Shown here piece after piece: positions 28,524 to 37,825 of a stretch of 64,000 nt of DNA. Each line of letters begins with the position of its first letter. Positions within the stretch are counted from its first letter, which is position 1. The stretch spans positions 1 through 64,000 of IMG/VR virus record IMGVR_UViG_3300028048_003175; one strand, 5' to 3'. This DNA is from a virus (Duplodnaviria > Caudoviricetes). A model generated the notes under the pieces. That model made no database searches. It was not told the origin of the DNA and was given only the letters and a program-made list of their open reading frames with translations. Made by a program: the position numbers and the translations under genes.

Positions 28524-29297
28524 ATGGATAAGTTAGTTAACGTTAGGGAGTTAGTCATTAACCCGATGAACCCTCGGACCATCACGGAGTTCATGCAGGA
28601 GAAGCTGACCCAGAGCCTCTTGCTCTCTCCCTGGATGATGGCCATCAACCCCATCAAGATTGATAGCGAAGGTGTTATATGGAGTGGTAACGCCCGCTGT
28701 AAGTCCCTCCGCTCCATTCTTGAAATGGATGAGGATTCCATAGAGGACATGCTGACCCAGCAGACCATCTACAGGAACATGACCGACGAGCAGCAGCGTA
28801 ACCTTATCCTGTACTGGAAGAACTGGCAGGAGAACCCGGAGGTGCCATGCCGTGACGTGAGCAGCTTTACTGAGGATGAGAAGCGCGAGCTGCTGGTGAA
28901 GGAAAACCTGCATGCCGGTGAGGACGATCCGGAAATGCTGCGTAAGTTCTTTGACCGTGACCTTATCAGCGACTTCTTCGGCACCGTAAGCTGGGACCTC
29001 TATGACTATGCCGACAAGATAAATGATGTTGAGGCTGGTAAGAACAAGATTACGATGAAGACCTTCAAGTGTGGCTACGTCGAGTTCTTCCTGACCGATG
29101 CAGAGTATGAGAGCCTGGAGGAGCTTGTGGAGGAATACAAGAGCAAGCACGGTGACAAGACCGACGGTTTCCTTGCCTGGCTGCTGGGTGATGAAGAGCT
29201 TCAGAACGCCATCCTCTACGGTGAGAAGGAAGACAGTGGCGATGGGGAGGAAGAGACGAGTGAACAGGAAGTAGAACCAACAGGAGAGGAGGAATAA
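28524..29297 (+). CDS. ParB-like domain protein 1
   Basis: NPMNPRTI...PIKID...SGNAR...LLVKEN. Confidence 0.75.
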   Translation: MDKLVNVRELVINPMNPRTITEFMQEKLTQSLLLSPWMMAINPIKIDSEGVIWSGNARCKSLRSILEMDEDSIEDMLTQQTIYRNMTDEQQRNLILYWKNWQENPEVPCRDVSSFTEDEKRELLVKENLHAGEDDPEMLRKFFDRDLISDFFGTVSWDLYDYADKINDVEAGKNKITMKTFKCGYVEFFLTDAEYESLEELVEEYKSKHGDKTDGFLAWLLGDEELQNAILYGEKEDSGDGEEETSEQEVEPTGEEE

Positions 29298-29300
29298 ACC

Positions 29301-29990
29301 ATGATACAGCAAATCAATGTCAGCGAGCTACAGCTCAACCCCATCAACCCCAGAAAGATCAAGGCTGCTAACCTCAAGAAGCTCCAGCAGAGCATCATGC
29401 TCTTCCCCAAGATGCTCAACGAGGCAAAGCTCATCGTTATTGACGAGGGCAATGTTGTCCTTGAGGGCAACCAGCGTGTTAAAGTGCTGCAGGAAGAGAT
29501 TCTTGCCAAGGAGCCTTTCGCATGGAAGGTGGTACTGCAGGACAACGACCGCTACCAGACCATGAGCGAAAACGAGAAGGAGGCAGTCATCAGCTTCTGG
29601 GAGAAGTGGAAGGAGAACCCCATTGTCATCGTTGACAGACACGAGGGTCTCACCGATGAGCAGAAGAAAGAAGTCATCATCAAAGGTAACAAGGAGTTCG
29701 GAGAGTTCGACTACGGCAAGGCTGAAATCCTCTTCGACGAGGTGACGCTGGTGAACTTCGGTGTTGACGAGGGTGTGTTCTACGACCCCGACAAAGACCC
29801 CACCGTTGTAACGTCCATCAAGGGCAGTCGCGTGAAGAAGATTGACATGCTCATCTTCGGCAAGTACTCGGTGCCTGTCACCCGTGAGGAGTATGACCTG
29901 CTTCGTGAGAAGTACGAGGAGTATGTTGACACAGCATGTGTGGACTTCGGCTTCGTCAAGGATATTGTCAGCAAACTTAACGCAAGATAA
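29301..29990 (+). CDS. ParB-like domain protein 2 (paralog of the upstream gene)
   Basis: NPINPRKI...IVID...EGNQR...IIKGN. Confidence 0.75.
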   Translation: MIQQINVSELQLNPINPRKIKAANLKKLQQSIMLFPKMLNEAKLIVIDEGNVVLEGNQRVKVLQEEILAKEPFAWKVVLQDNDRYQTMSENEKEAVISFWEKWKENPIVIVDRHEGLTDEQKKEVIIKGNKEFGEFDYGKAEILFDEVTLVNFGVDEGVFYDPDKDPTVVTSIKGSRVKKIDMLIFGKYSVPVTREEYDLLREKYEEYVDTACVDFGFVKDIVSKLNAR

Positions 29991-29993
29991 ACT

Positions 29994-31394
29994 ATGGATT
30001 ACGTAAAAATCACAGACATTCACCCTGCGGAATACAACCCCAGAAAGCTGAGTGATGCAGCCTTCGTGGAGTTGCAGGGCAGTCTCAAGACCCTCGGCTT
30101 TATCCTGCCGATCATCATCAACAAGGATAACATGACCATCATCGCCGGCCACCAGCGTACGAAGGCAGCGACGAAGGTAGGCATCGAAGAGGTTCCCTGC
30201 TTCTACGTCCATGGCGTGGAGCTGCAGGATGAAATGCTCTTTAACCTCATCCACAATGGTGTGGAGCATGAGCCTGAGACACTCGGCACTTTCAAGGGTA
30301 GCCTTGCACCTGCTCAGTTCTACACGGAGATTCCAAACAAGGACTTTGACCTGCCTCAGTGTCAGCCGACATTGGTGAAGGACATGTGCGGTCTTATCAT
30401 GCGCTACCAGGATGCACTCTGCGCCATCATCTGCGGAAACGAGGTGGTGTTCGGCAACAACTACGTGTATGCCTGCCAGCGTCTTGACATTCCCGTTCAT
30501 GCCTACGTGCTGGAGGAAGAGAAGCGCGGCATCTTCGACTATTACTTCAAGCAGGACTATGGCGTGTTCTGCTATGACGCTCTCGACTGCCCGGAGTTCC
30601 AGCAGGGACTCGCCCAGCCGCCACGTCATGCAGCCATCGACTGGTCCATCCTCTACCGTCAGGTGGTGAAGTGGCTGTTGGAGGAGGATAAGGGTATCAA
30701 CATTCTCGACTTCGGCTGTGGCAAGGCGATGTGTATCGACAAGGTGCGCATGCAGCATAACTACCGAAACGCCATCGGTCTGGAGTTCTTCAACCACAAC
30801 CGTGTAGGTATCTCTGTGGAGAAGGGTCACCAGATGATTGACAGGTTCTTCGAGCATTACCAGAAGCACGGCAAGTTCGACTATGTCATCTGCGATGCCG
30901 TCATCAACTCTGTGGTGAGCCAGTTCGCTGAGGATAACGTGCTGACGTGCCTCAACCTGTTCTGTAAGATGGGTGGCAAGGTGTTCTTCTCCGGTCGCAT
31001 GAGAGCCAACGTGGAGAAGTTGATCGATGCCAAGCGATGCACTACCGACGGTGGTCTGTCCGTCCGCTTCCTCGATGACAACGGTCTCACGGCGTATATC
31101 CTGCAGGGACAGTGGTTCTTCCAGAAGTTCCTACGCAAGGAGCAGTATGAGGCGCTGCCGGAGAAGTTCGGTCTGGAGCCTTTCGTCACCTATGAGAAGT
31201 CCGGCTATTTCGGCTTCGGCTGTACCAAGGTGCGTGAGCTTCCCGTGGAGCGTTACCGTGAGGCCCTTATCTATGAGTTCAACATGCAGCTTCCCAACAA
31301 GGTACGCTATGGTCGCCACCAAGACGCACTGAAGGTCTTTGGCTTCGACCCTGCCACCGATGAGGAGGTTGCCGATATCTCAAAGCGTAAGTAG
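29994..31394 (+). CDS. ParB-like domain fused to a SAM-dependent methyltransferase
   Basis: YNPRK...IIAGHQR; ILDFGCG; YVICDAVINSV. Confidence 0.8.
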   Translation: MDYVKITDIHPAEYNPRKLSDAAFVELQGSLKTLGFILPIIINKDNMTIIAGHQRTKAATKVGIEEVPCFYVHGVELQDEMLFNLIHNGVEHEPETLGTFKGSLAPAQFYTEIPNKDFDLPQCQPTLVKDMCGLIMRYQDALCAIICGNEVVFGNNYVYACQRLDIPVHAYVLEEEKRGIFDYYFKQDYGVFCYDALDCPEFQQGLAQPPRHAAIDWSILYRQVVKWLLEEDKGINILDFGCGKAMCIDKVRMQHNYRNAIGLEFFNHNRVGISVEKGHQMIDRFFEHYQKHGKFDYVICDAVINSVVSQFAEDNVLTCLNLFCKMGGKVFFSGRMRANVEKLIDAKRCTTDGGLSVRFLDDNGLTAYILQGQWFFQKFLRKEQYEALPEKFGLEPFVTYEKSGYFGFGCTKVRELPVERYREALIYEFNMQLPNKVRYGRHQDALKVFGFDPATDEEVADISKRK

Positions 31395-31421
31395 TTAACG
31401 TTCCGTGACTGGGGAAAAAAG

Positions 31422-31512
31422 TTGCACGAGGGATTAAAAATAAAAGCCTAAAAAGTTGCAAGATTGATTATTTTTTTGTATCTTTGTCTATGCAAGTAAG
31501 ATTATTTATCAA
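31422..31512 (+). promoter_or_regulatory. Repeated promoter/operator cassette, copy 5 (diverged)
   Basis: TATCTTTG at 31479-31486; three TGCA-N5-GATTA boxes. Confidence 0.75.
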
Positions 31513-31535
31513 TCCAGAAAACGAGCAAAAGAACA

Positions 31536-31997
31536 ATGATTACAATTGAATACGCCGAGCTGAAAGGCACCTACAAGATACTGTGGCTCCGATATGTTAG
31601 CGGAGTGGACTTGAGTAACCACTGCATGAAGTCACTGCTGGGTCACAATGACCGTCGCGTCCGTGGTTTTATGCGTAAGCTGCCCGAGAACCTCCAGCTT
31701 GAGGAGTCACGCTATTACTATCTCTGTGGCGTGGATGCAAACTTTGTGTGGGAGAAGAACCTCCACCTGGCCTTCACATACAGTTGTGGTGAGGTGCTGG
31801 AGGTCGATGATCAATTCATCCACTGCCGCATCCTGAATGCCCGTAGGCTCGAAATCAGCAACAGATTTATTGACTGGTCCCTTCCTCAGTCACGGAACAA
31901 GTTTTTCAACACCTGCCGCAATTGGTGGTTTGCGAATATGATAGCCCGTAATCCGGGCACGCGCCATCTGCCGCAGCAGGGAAACTTGTTCGGTTAG
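31536..31997 (+). CDS. Hypothetical protein
   Basis: 153-aa ORF; ends QGNLFG. Confidence 0.65.
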   Translation: MITIEYAELKGTYKILWLRYVSGVDLSNHCMKSLLGHNDRRVRGFMRKLPENLQLEESRYYYLCGVDANFVWEKNLHLAFTYSCGEVLEVDDQFIHCRILNARRLEISNRFIDWSLPQSRNKFFNTCRNWWFANMIARNPGTRHLPQQGNLFG

Positions 31998-32000
31998 AAG

Positions 32001-32423
32001 ATGAAGAAGCCAGATTTTGAGCAATTCAAAGAAGTAGCTGATGCCTGCCAGGGAAATCTCACGAAGATTGCGCAGGCCTTTAACGTGGTGCGCCAGACCG
32101 TCTATAACTGGCTCGCTGAAGAAAAGAAGTTCAGAGAGGTCGTCAACGACTATAAGATGCGCCTCTATGACGATGCCCTCACTGCTGCCCGTGCCCTTAC
32201 TGTAGGCGTTCCCAAGGTCAACGAGAAGGGTCAGTTCGTAGGCTGGATAGAGCGTCCCGATCCGAACATGGTACGCTATATCCTCTCAACGCTCGGCAAG
32301 GATGACGGCTTTACTGAGCGCCGTGATATCACGTCCAATGGCGAGTCAATCTTCCCCAAGGTCATCAGTATCGGTCTTGAAGGTGCTGATGAGGAAGACA
32401 AGGAAGTAAAGGTCGAACTTTAA
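32001..32423 (+). CDS. Putative terminase small subunit (HTH)
   Basis: GNLTKIAQAFNVVRQTVYNW HTH; LGKDDGFTERRDIT tail. Confidence 0.6.
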   Translation: MKKPDFEQFKEVADACQGNLTKIAQAFNVVRQTVYNWLAEEKKFREVVNDYKMRLYDDALTAARALTVGVPKVNEKGQFVGWIERPDPNMVRYILSTLGKDDGFTERRDITSNGESIFPKVISIGLEGADEEDKEVKVEL

Positions 32424-32436
32424 ATACCCTTGTGCC

Positions 32437-34104
32437 GTGAGTCCTATCTACGTCATAGAGAAGCCGGAGTCCGTATCGGTCTGCATGGAGGCATCACCAC
32501 TACTGGCGCACTACGCCCGTATGATACCTGGTATGGAGTTCTCGCAGGACAGCAACCTGTGGACGGCTCCCAAGGAGCAGAGGTCCTTCGTTATGGACTT
32601 CTGTCGTTTTGCCGTAAAGCGCTCTCTGGCTTCAGACATCGTAGATATCGACGGCAAGGTGGACGTCCATCAGCTCTTTGCTGACCGTATGCCGACCATG
32701 ACGCTGCCGGAAGACCTGCCTTTCAAGCCCTACGACTACCAGACGAAGGGTATGCGCTATGCCCTGGAGCACAAGCGCACGTTCTTTGGTGATGACATGG
32801 GACTCGGCAAGACCCTGCAGGCTGTCGGTACCTGCTGGCTGGCAAAGTCCTATCCTGTCCTTGTGGTGTCGCCACTGGCCATGAAGGAAACATGGAAGCG
32901 AGAGTTCGAGAAATGGACGCAGAAGCGCTGTCTTATCATCGACGACGACCACCGCTATGACTGGTGGAAGTACGTCCAGACAGGCAGTTACAGCGTCGTC
33001 ATCGTCAACTACGAGTCCATCCGTAAATACTTCATCGACCGTGTGAGAGGCGACAACTACGCTGTCAAGAACATCATCCCAGAGAAACATGTGGCGATGT
33101 TCAAGACCGTCATCATCGACGAGTGCCACCACGTCAAGGAGCGTTCCTCACAGTCCAGCAAGTTCCTCGAAAAGATCTGCCAGACGCCAGAGTATATCTT
33201 CATGCTCTCCGGCACTCCCATCGTCCTCGGCAATGCTGACCTCATCCAGCAGCTCAAGATTATGCGCCGCATGGATGACTTCGGAGGCGTCCGTAAGTTC
33301 AAGCAACGCTACTGCCGTGACGGTGCAAGCAATATGGCAGAGCTGAACATGCGCCTGTGGCAGACGTGTTTCTTCCGCCGTGACAAGTCCCTGGTACTGA
33401 AAGACCTGCCGGAGAAAACCCGTCAGCATCTTACCGTGGAAATCTCGAACCGTGGCGAGTACGAGATTGCTGAGCAGGACCTCGTCCGCTATCTGAAGCA
33501 ATATGTCCGCATGTCGAACAAGCGCATCCGCAAGTCCATGCGTGGCGAGGTCATGGTACGCATCAGCCATCTGCGCCAGATTGCCGCCAAAGGGAAGATG
33601 CACGTGGCCATCCCCTTCATCCATGACGTCATCGACGGAGGGCAGAAGCTCATCGTCTTTGTGTTCCACAAGACCGTCACGGAGGAAATCAGAAAGCACT
33701 TTCCTGATATCGTCACCATCACCGGCTCCGATACCGCAGAGCAGAAGCAGAAGGCAATAGACACTTTCCAGTCAGACCCCAACTGCCGCCTTATCGTCGT
33801 GAATTATCGCTCCGGAGGCTGTGGCGTGACACTGACAGCAGCTACTCGCCAGCTTTTCATTGAACTGCCGTGGACTTGTGCCGACTGCGAACAGTCTGAG
33901 GCAAGAGCTCATCGCAACGGTCAGAAGAATGCGGTCAACTGTTACTATCTCATCGGCAAGAACACCATCGACGTGCAGATAAATGACGTCATCGAACAGG
34001 AACGTCTCGTGGCCATGAACGTCATCGGTGCCAGAGACGATGCCAGAAAGATATCAGAAATAGACAGAGCAATCAAAATCCTAAATATACAAGACAATGA
34101 ATGA
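32437..34104 (+). CDS. SNF2-family helicase
   Basis: GDDMGLGKT, DECH, LSGTP, QSEARAHRNGQ. Confidence 0.92.
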   Translation: MSPIYVIEKPESVSVCMEASPLLAHYARMIPGMEFSQDSNLWTAPKEQRSFVMDFCRFAVKRSLASDIVDIDGKVDVHQLFADRMPTMTLPEDLPFKPYDYQTKGMRYALEHKRTFFGDDMGLGKTLQAVGTCWLAKSYPVLVVSPLAMKETWKREFEKWTQKRCLIIDDDHRYDWWKYVQTGSYSVVIVNYESIRKYFIDRVRGDNYAVKNIIPEKHVAMFKTVIIDECHHVKERSSQSSKFLEKICQTPEYIFMLSGTPIVLGNADLIQQLKIMRRMDDFGGVRKFKQRYCRDGASNMAELNMRLWQTCFFRRDKSLVLKDLPEKTRQHLTVEISNRGEYEIAEQDLVRYLKQYVRMSNKRIRKSMRGEVMVRISHLRQIAAKGKMHVAIPFIHDVIDGGQKLIVFVFHKTVTEEIRKHFPDIVTITGSDTAEQKQKAIDTFQSDPNCRLIVVNYRSGGCGVTLTAATRQLFIELPWTCADCEQSEARAHRNGQKNAVNCYYLIGKNTIDVQINDVIEQERLVAMNVIGARDDARKISEIDRAIKILNIQDNE

Positions 34105-34606
34105 AATGACACCAATCAGAGAGAAGATCGCCCTGCGCATCAAGCAACTGGGCATCACCAAGAAATCTGTATGCGAGGACCTGGGGCTTACACTCCAGAA
34201 CTTCTCGTCGTTCCTAACAGGAAAGCGCTGCTTCCCCATCGACGACCTCGAAATGGTGCTGATGTACCTCGGCCTCACCGTGAAGTCGAAGGACTACAAG
34301 CCCAACCCTGTCGTCACCGAGCAGCCTCCCGTAACCACTGAGGCAATCCGCAACAGCCAGCATGCACTCATCAGACAGAAGGTCAAGCTGCGCATTGGAG
34401 AGCTGAACCTGCCGTACAACAGCGTCGCCGCTTCAGCAGAACTCAATGCCAACAGCCTGTCGTCATTCCTCAATGGTAAGCGAGGGCTCAACATCAGACA
34501 CATCGAGAAGCTGTTCGCGGTACTCGACCTCGCGCTGGTTGACAAGGAGGGCTTCACCTTCGGGGGAGTCACCAAAGCGGACACCGTGGAGGGTGGCGGG
34601 CAGTAA
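34097..34606 (+). CDS. Tandem XRE-HTH regulator
   Basis: Two repeats: NFSSFLTGKR and SLSSFLNGKR. Confidence 0.75.
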   Translation: MNEMTPIREKIALRIKQLGITKKSVCEDLGLTLQNFSSFLTGKRCFPIDDLEMVLMYLGLTVKSKDYKPNPVVTEQPPVTTEAIRNSQHALIRQKVKLRIGELNLPYNSVAASAELNANSLSSFLNGKRGLNIRHIEKLFAVLDLALVDKEGFTFGGVTKADTVEGGGQ

Positions 34607-34727
34607 GCCGCAATAAGTGGACTTTTTAGACAGTCCACTATAGGCTGGGGGCCTGCCGAGGTGTAATTTGCCTCATGCGCGTGGGCGCGTCGCCAGTCCC
34701 CTGTTCAACAAAAAAAGTAACAAGAGA

Positions 34728-36092
34728 ATGGCAACTGGAGAGGTAAAGATAAAACTATTCAAGAAGCAGGCGCAAGCGTGGAACTACCTGTCATCCTCCG
34801 ACACCACCGTTAATGAGGTGCTGTATGGCGGAGGTGCCCGTGGTGGTAAGACGTGGTTCGGCTGTCTGTGGATGATACTCCGGAGAATCCAGTTGCCGGG
34901 AAGCGTAGGCCTCATCTGTCGTGAGCAGTCCGTCACGATGAAGAAGACCACGCTGATAACGTTCTTTGAAATACTGTCTAAGCTGGGGCTGACGGAACTG
35001 GTACAGTACAATGCCACGACGATGATTGCGGAGTTCAAGAACGGCTCCAAGATATTCTTCGTTGACCTGCAGTACCGTCCTTCCGATCCTGAGTACGACC
35101 GTCTGGGTTCGCTGGGTATCACCGACCTGTTCATCGATGAGGCTCAGCAGGTGAGCGAGAAAGCCGTGAGCGTCCTCAAGGGACGTTTCTCTGTGCTGAC
35201 GGGCTTTATGGAGGACGGCACACCGTGGCGCACCATCCCCAAGGCGCTTTATACCTGTAACCCAAGGCGTAACTGGATATACAACGACTTCGTGAAGCCA
35301 GCCAAGGAAGGCAAGCTGCCACCGACGCGCAAGTTTGTCAAGTCGCTGCCGACGGATAACCCACACCTCGATCCGGCTTATATCGAGAACCTGCTGAGGG
35401 CTGACAAGATTACCGTCCAGCGTCTGTACTTCGGTAACTTCGAGTACGATGACGACCCTGCAACGCTGTGTGACTACGATGCCATCAACGACCTCTTCAC
35501 TAACGACCATATCCAGCCAGTGGGTGCACACAGTGGAGCTGCCGATATCGCCGGTAAGGGTCACGACCGCTTCGTGGCAGGCTCATGGGTAGGCAATGTA
35601 TGCACCATCGCCATCGACATGAACTACTCGCCTGGTGCTGAGGTGGAGAAGCAGCTAAAGAACCTCATGATACGGGATTCCATACCTCGTAGCCTCTGTA
35701 TCGTGGATGCTGACGGTATCGGCTCTTTCCTGGAGTCGTACCTCAATGGTATCAAGGAGTTCCATGCCAACGCCAGACCCACCGACCCACGATATGCCAA
35801 CCTCAAGGCTGAGTGTGCCTTCAAGCTGGCAGACCTCATCAACCGCCGTGCCATCAAGATTATATGTTCTGCGGAACAGAGGGAGCGCATCACCGACGAG
35901 CTGGGAGCATTGAAGCAGGCGTACATCGACAAGGACACGGTGAAGTTCGACATCATCAAGAAAGAGACGATGAAGGTCATCCTCGGCCATTCGCCTGACT
36001 ATCTGGATATGCTCATCATGTCGATGTTCTTCCGTCTGTCGAAGGCTACAACAGGTCCGAAGGTCACCGTCAAGGTTCGTGAAACTGAATAG
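34728..36092 (+). CDS. Terminase large subunit
   Basis: YGGGARGGKT, FIDEA, TCNP, DIAGKGHD, DADGIG, SPDYLD. Confidence 0.92.
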   Translation: MATGEVKIKLFKKQAQAWNYLSSSDTTVNEVLYGGGARGGKTWFGCLWMILRRIQLPGSVGLICREQSVTMKKTTLITFFEILSKLGLTELVQYNATTMIAEFKNGSKIFFVDLQYRPSDPEYDRLGSLGITDLFIDEAQQVSEKAVSVLKGRFSVLTGFMEDGTPWRTIPKALYTCNPRRNWIYNDFVKPAKEGKLPPTRKFVKSLPTDNPHLDPAYIENLLRADKITVQRLYFGNFEYDDDPATLCDYDAINDLFTNDHIQPVGAHSGAADIAGKGHDRFVAGSWVGNVCTIAIDMNYSPGAEVEKQLKNLMIRDSIPRSLCIVDADGIGSFLESYLNGIKEFHANARPTDPRYANLKAECAFKLADLINRRAIKIICSAEQRERITDELGALKQAYIDKDTVKFDIIKKETMKVILGHSPDYLDMLIMSMFFRLSKATTGPKVTVKVRETE

Positions 36093-36157
36093 CACTGTTC
36101 AGTGGATATGAAGGCGCATAACAGACAAACAACGTAATTAAAGATGTAATTTTGAAC

Positions 36158-36754
36158 ATGAAAAAGAAGAAGAGAAAATCACAGAAGGCGAAAGACTGTC
36201 CCTATAAGGACTTTCTGATGCTGTTCCCTTTTGCCGCCAAGGAGGTGCAGCAAGACCTTCTGGCACGGCTGAAAAAGCAGCCTCGCCCCAACACCCTCTG
36301 TGGCAAGGACGTGCCGGAGAGCCTCAACGGCATCAGCTATGGAGCGCTCGATGACCTGCACTCTTCATCTGAGGACAAGGATCCTGTCGGCTCATGCGCC
36401 AAGGTGCTGTTGGGTATTGACCCTTACCAGTTGCTGGAGGAAGACGTGAACGACGTCTTTGGCTTTACGAACTTCGTCACCAGGGAGCTGCAGCGCATCA
36501 ACAAGCTCTTCAAGGATATCAAGGTCAACTACTCCCCAGAGGAGATTGCCGCCGGCATCCGTGACCTCGACTTCGGCAGCTTCGGTGTCCTCGACTGGTA
36601 TGCCAAGCGCATGGGTATCACCAACCAGAACGAGGTGCGTGACGTGGCGTGGGTGCGCATCTATCAATGTATGAAGAACGACTGCCAGAAGAATAACTTC
36701 GAGCGCAAGCTCAGTCAACAATACAGGTCCAAACTAAAGAATAAGAGCAAATGA
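36158..36754 (+). CDS. Phage morphogenesis protein (unassigned)
   Basis: Follows the terminase. Confidence 0.55.
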   Translation: MKKKKRKSQKAKDCPYKDFLMLFPFAAKEVQQDLLARLKKQPRPNTLCGKDVPESLNGISYGALDDLHSSSEDKDPVGSCAKVLLGIDPYQLLEEDVNDVFGFTNFVTRELQRINKLFKDIKVNYSPEEIAAGIRDLDFGSFGVLDWYAKRMGITNQNEVRDVAWVRIYQCMKNDCQKNNFERKLSQQYRSKLKNKSK

Positions 36755-37332
36755 GCAACTATAGCCTGAAGAATATAGAGAGTCACGGAACTGTGGAGAA
36801 GAAAATCCACGGTATCGTTGACGGTATGGGTGCCGACGTGGAGTATTTCTTCATGAACTGGGCGCAAGCCAACGTAGCCATCGATGATGTGGAGAAGCCC
36901 ACCATCGTCTATGTGCTTCCACCGTCTGGAGAGTTCAACGTGGGATGGGCGCAGGTCAAGGACAAGCCAGATGCTCAGATAGCGTTCATCGCTCCCACAG
37001 ACTTCGACTTTGAGGGTGAGGGCAACGATGACATCATCGAGCAGATGAAGCGCCTCTGTGTGAGATTCATCAAGGCTTTCAACGAGAGCGGACTCTTTGA
37101 GGCCATCGAAGGAAAGCTGCCGTACCGTGTGCTGTATGACTACCTCGACCGTAACGTCACAGGTATCGTCATCACTCCCAAAATCAAGGAGGAGGAAGGC
37201 ATTATCATCTGTGGCAGTGATGAGGCGAGGGCTGAGGACGTGCTGGAGGAAAAGCCAGCAGAACCAGCAGAGCCGGAGGAACCAGTAGTTGAAGAACCGA
37301 ATGAAGAACCAGTAGATAATGGAGGCGATTAA
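36751..37332 (+). CDS. Putative tail terminator/completion protein
   Basis: Position and size only. Confidence 0.4.
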   Translation: MSNYSLKNIESHGTVEKKIHGIVDGMGADVEYFFMNWAQANVAIDDVEKPTIVYVLPPSGEFNVGWAQVKDKPDAQIAFIAPTDFDFEGEGNDDIIEQMKRLCVRFIKAFNESGLFEAIEGKLPYRVLYDYLDRNVTGIVITPKIKEEEGIIICGSDEARAEDVLEEKPAEPAEPEEPVVEEPNEEPVDNGGD

Positions 37333-37825
37333 AGACATAGTAATCCAGCACCTGCAGGCTGTGCAGAAGGGCATCGCGGACAACATGACGAAGATGCACC
37401 GCACAGCGTCTGGTCGTACTCTCGCCTCGCTGTTGATCGAGGATGAGAGCACCAACGACAGCATCCGCATGCTGCTCACTGGTAGCAAGCAGTGGGAGGT
37501 GCTGGAGCGTGGTAGAGGTCCTGGCAAGGTGCCGTACAAGTTCGCCGACATCATCAAGGAGTGGATTCTGAAGAAGGGCATCAGCTATTCACAGTTCGCC
37601 CCCAAGGGCGCTCCTGCCGAGCGAGGGCTTAACAACCTCTCCTGGATGATATCGCAGAGCATCATGAAGAAAGGCACGAAGCTCCACCGCGACCACGGCT
37701 ACAATGACATCTATGACACCCTGCTCAACGAAGAGATTGAGAAGATGGCCACCACGGCACAGGGAATTATTGAAACAGAAATAGAAACGATAAACAACGA
37801 AGACGATGCGGACAATAACAATTGA
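37319..37825 (+). CDS. Putative tail completion/neck protein
   Basis: ASGRTLASL...ERGRGPGKVP motif. Confidence 0.5.
   Translation: MEAIKDIVIQHLQAVQKGIADNMTKMHRTASGRTLASLLIEDESTNDSIRMLLTGSKQWEVLERGRGPGKVPYKFADIIKEWILKKGISYSQFAPKGAPAERGLNNLSWMISQSIMKKGTKLHRDHGYNDIYDTLLNEEIEKMATTAQGIIETEIETINNEDDADNNN

Noticed and set aside
29328-30869. 513-aa minus-strand ORF and similar long antisense ORFs (e.g. 49993-51198, 45171-46229)
   Set aside because: Shadow frames of well-supported, codon-biased plus-strand genes
34610-34727. GC-rich segment before terL as a cos/pac site
   Set aside because: Plausible position but no diagnostic sequence; needs read-terminus data
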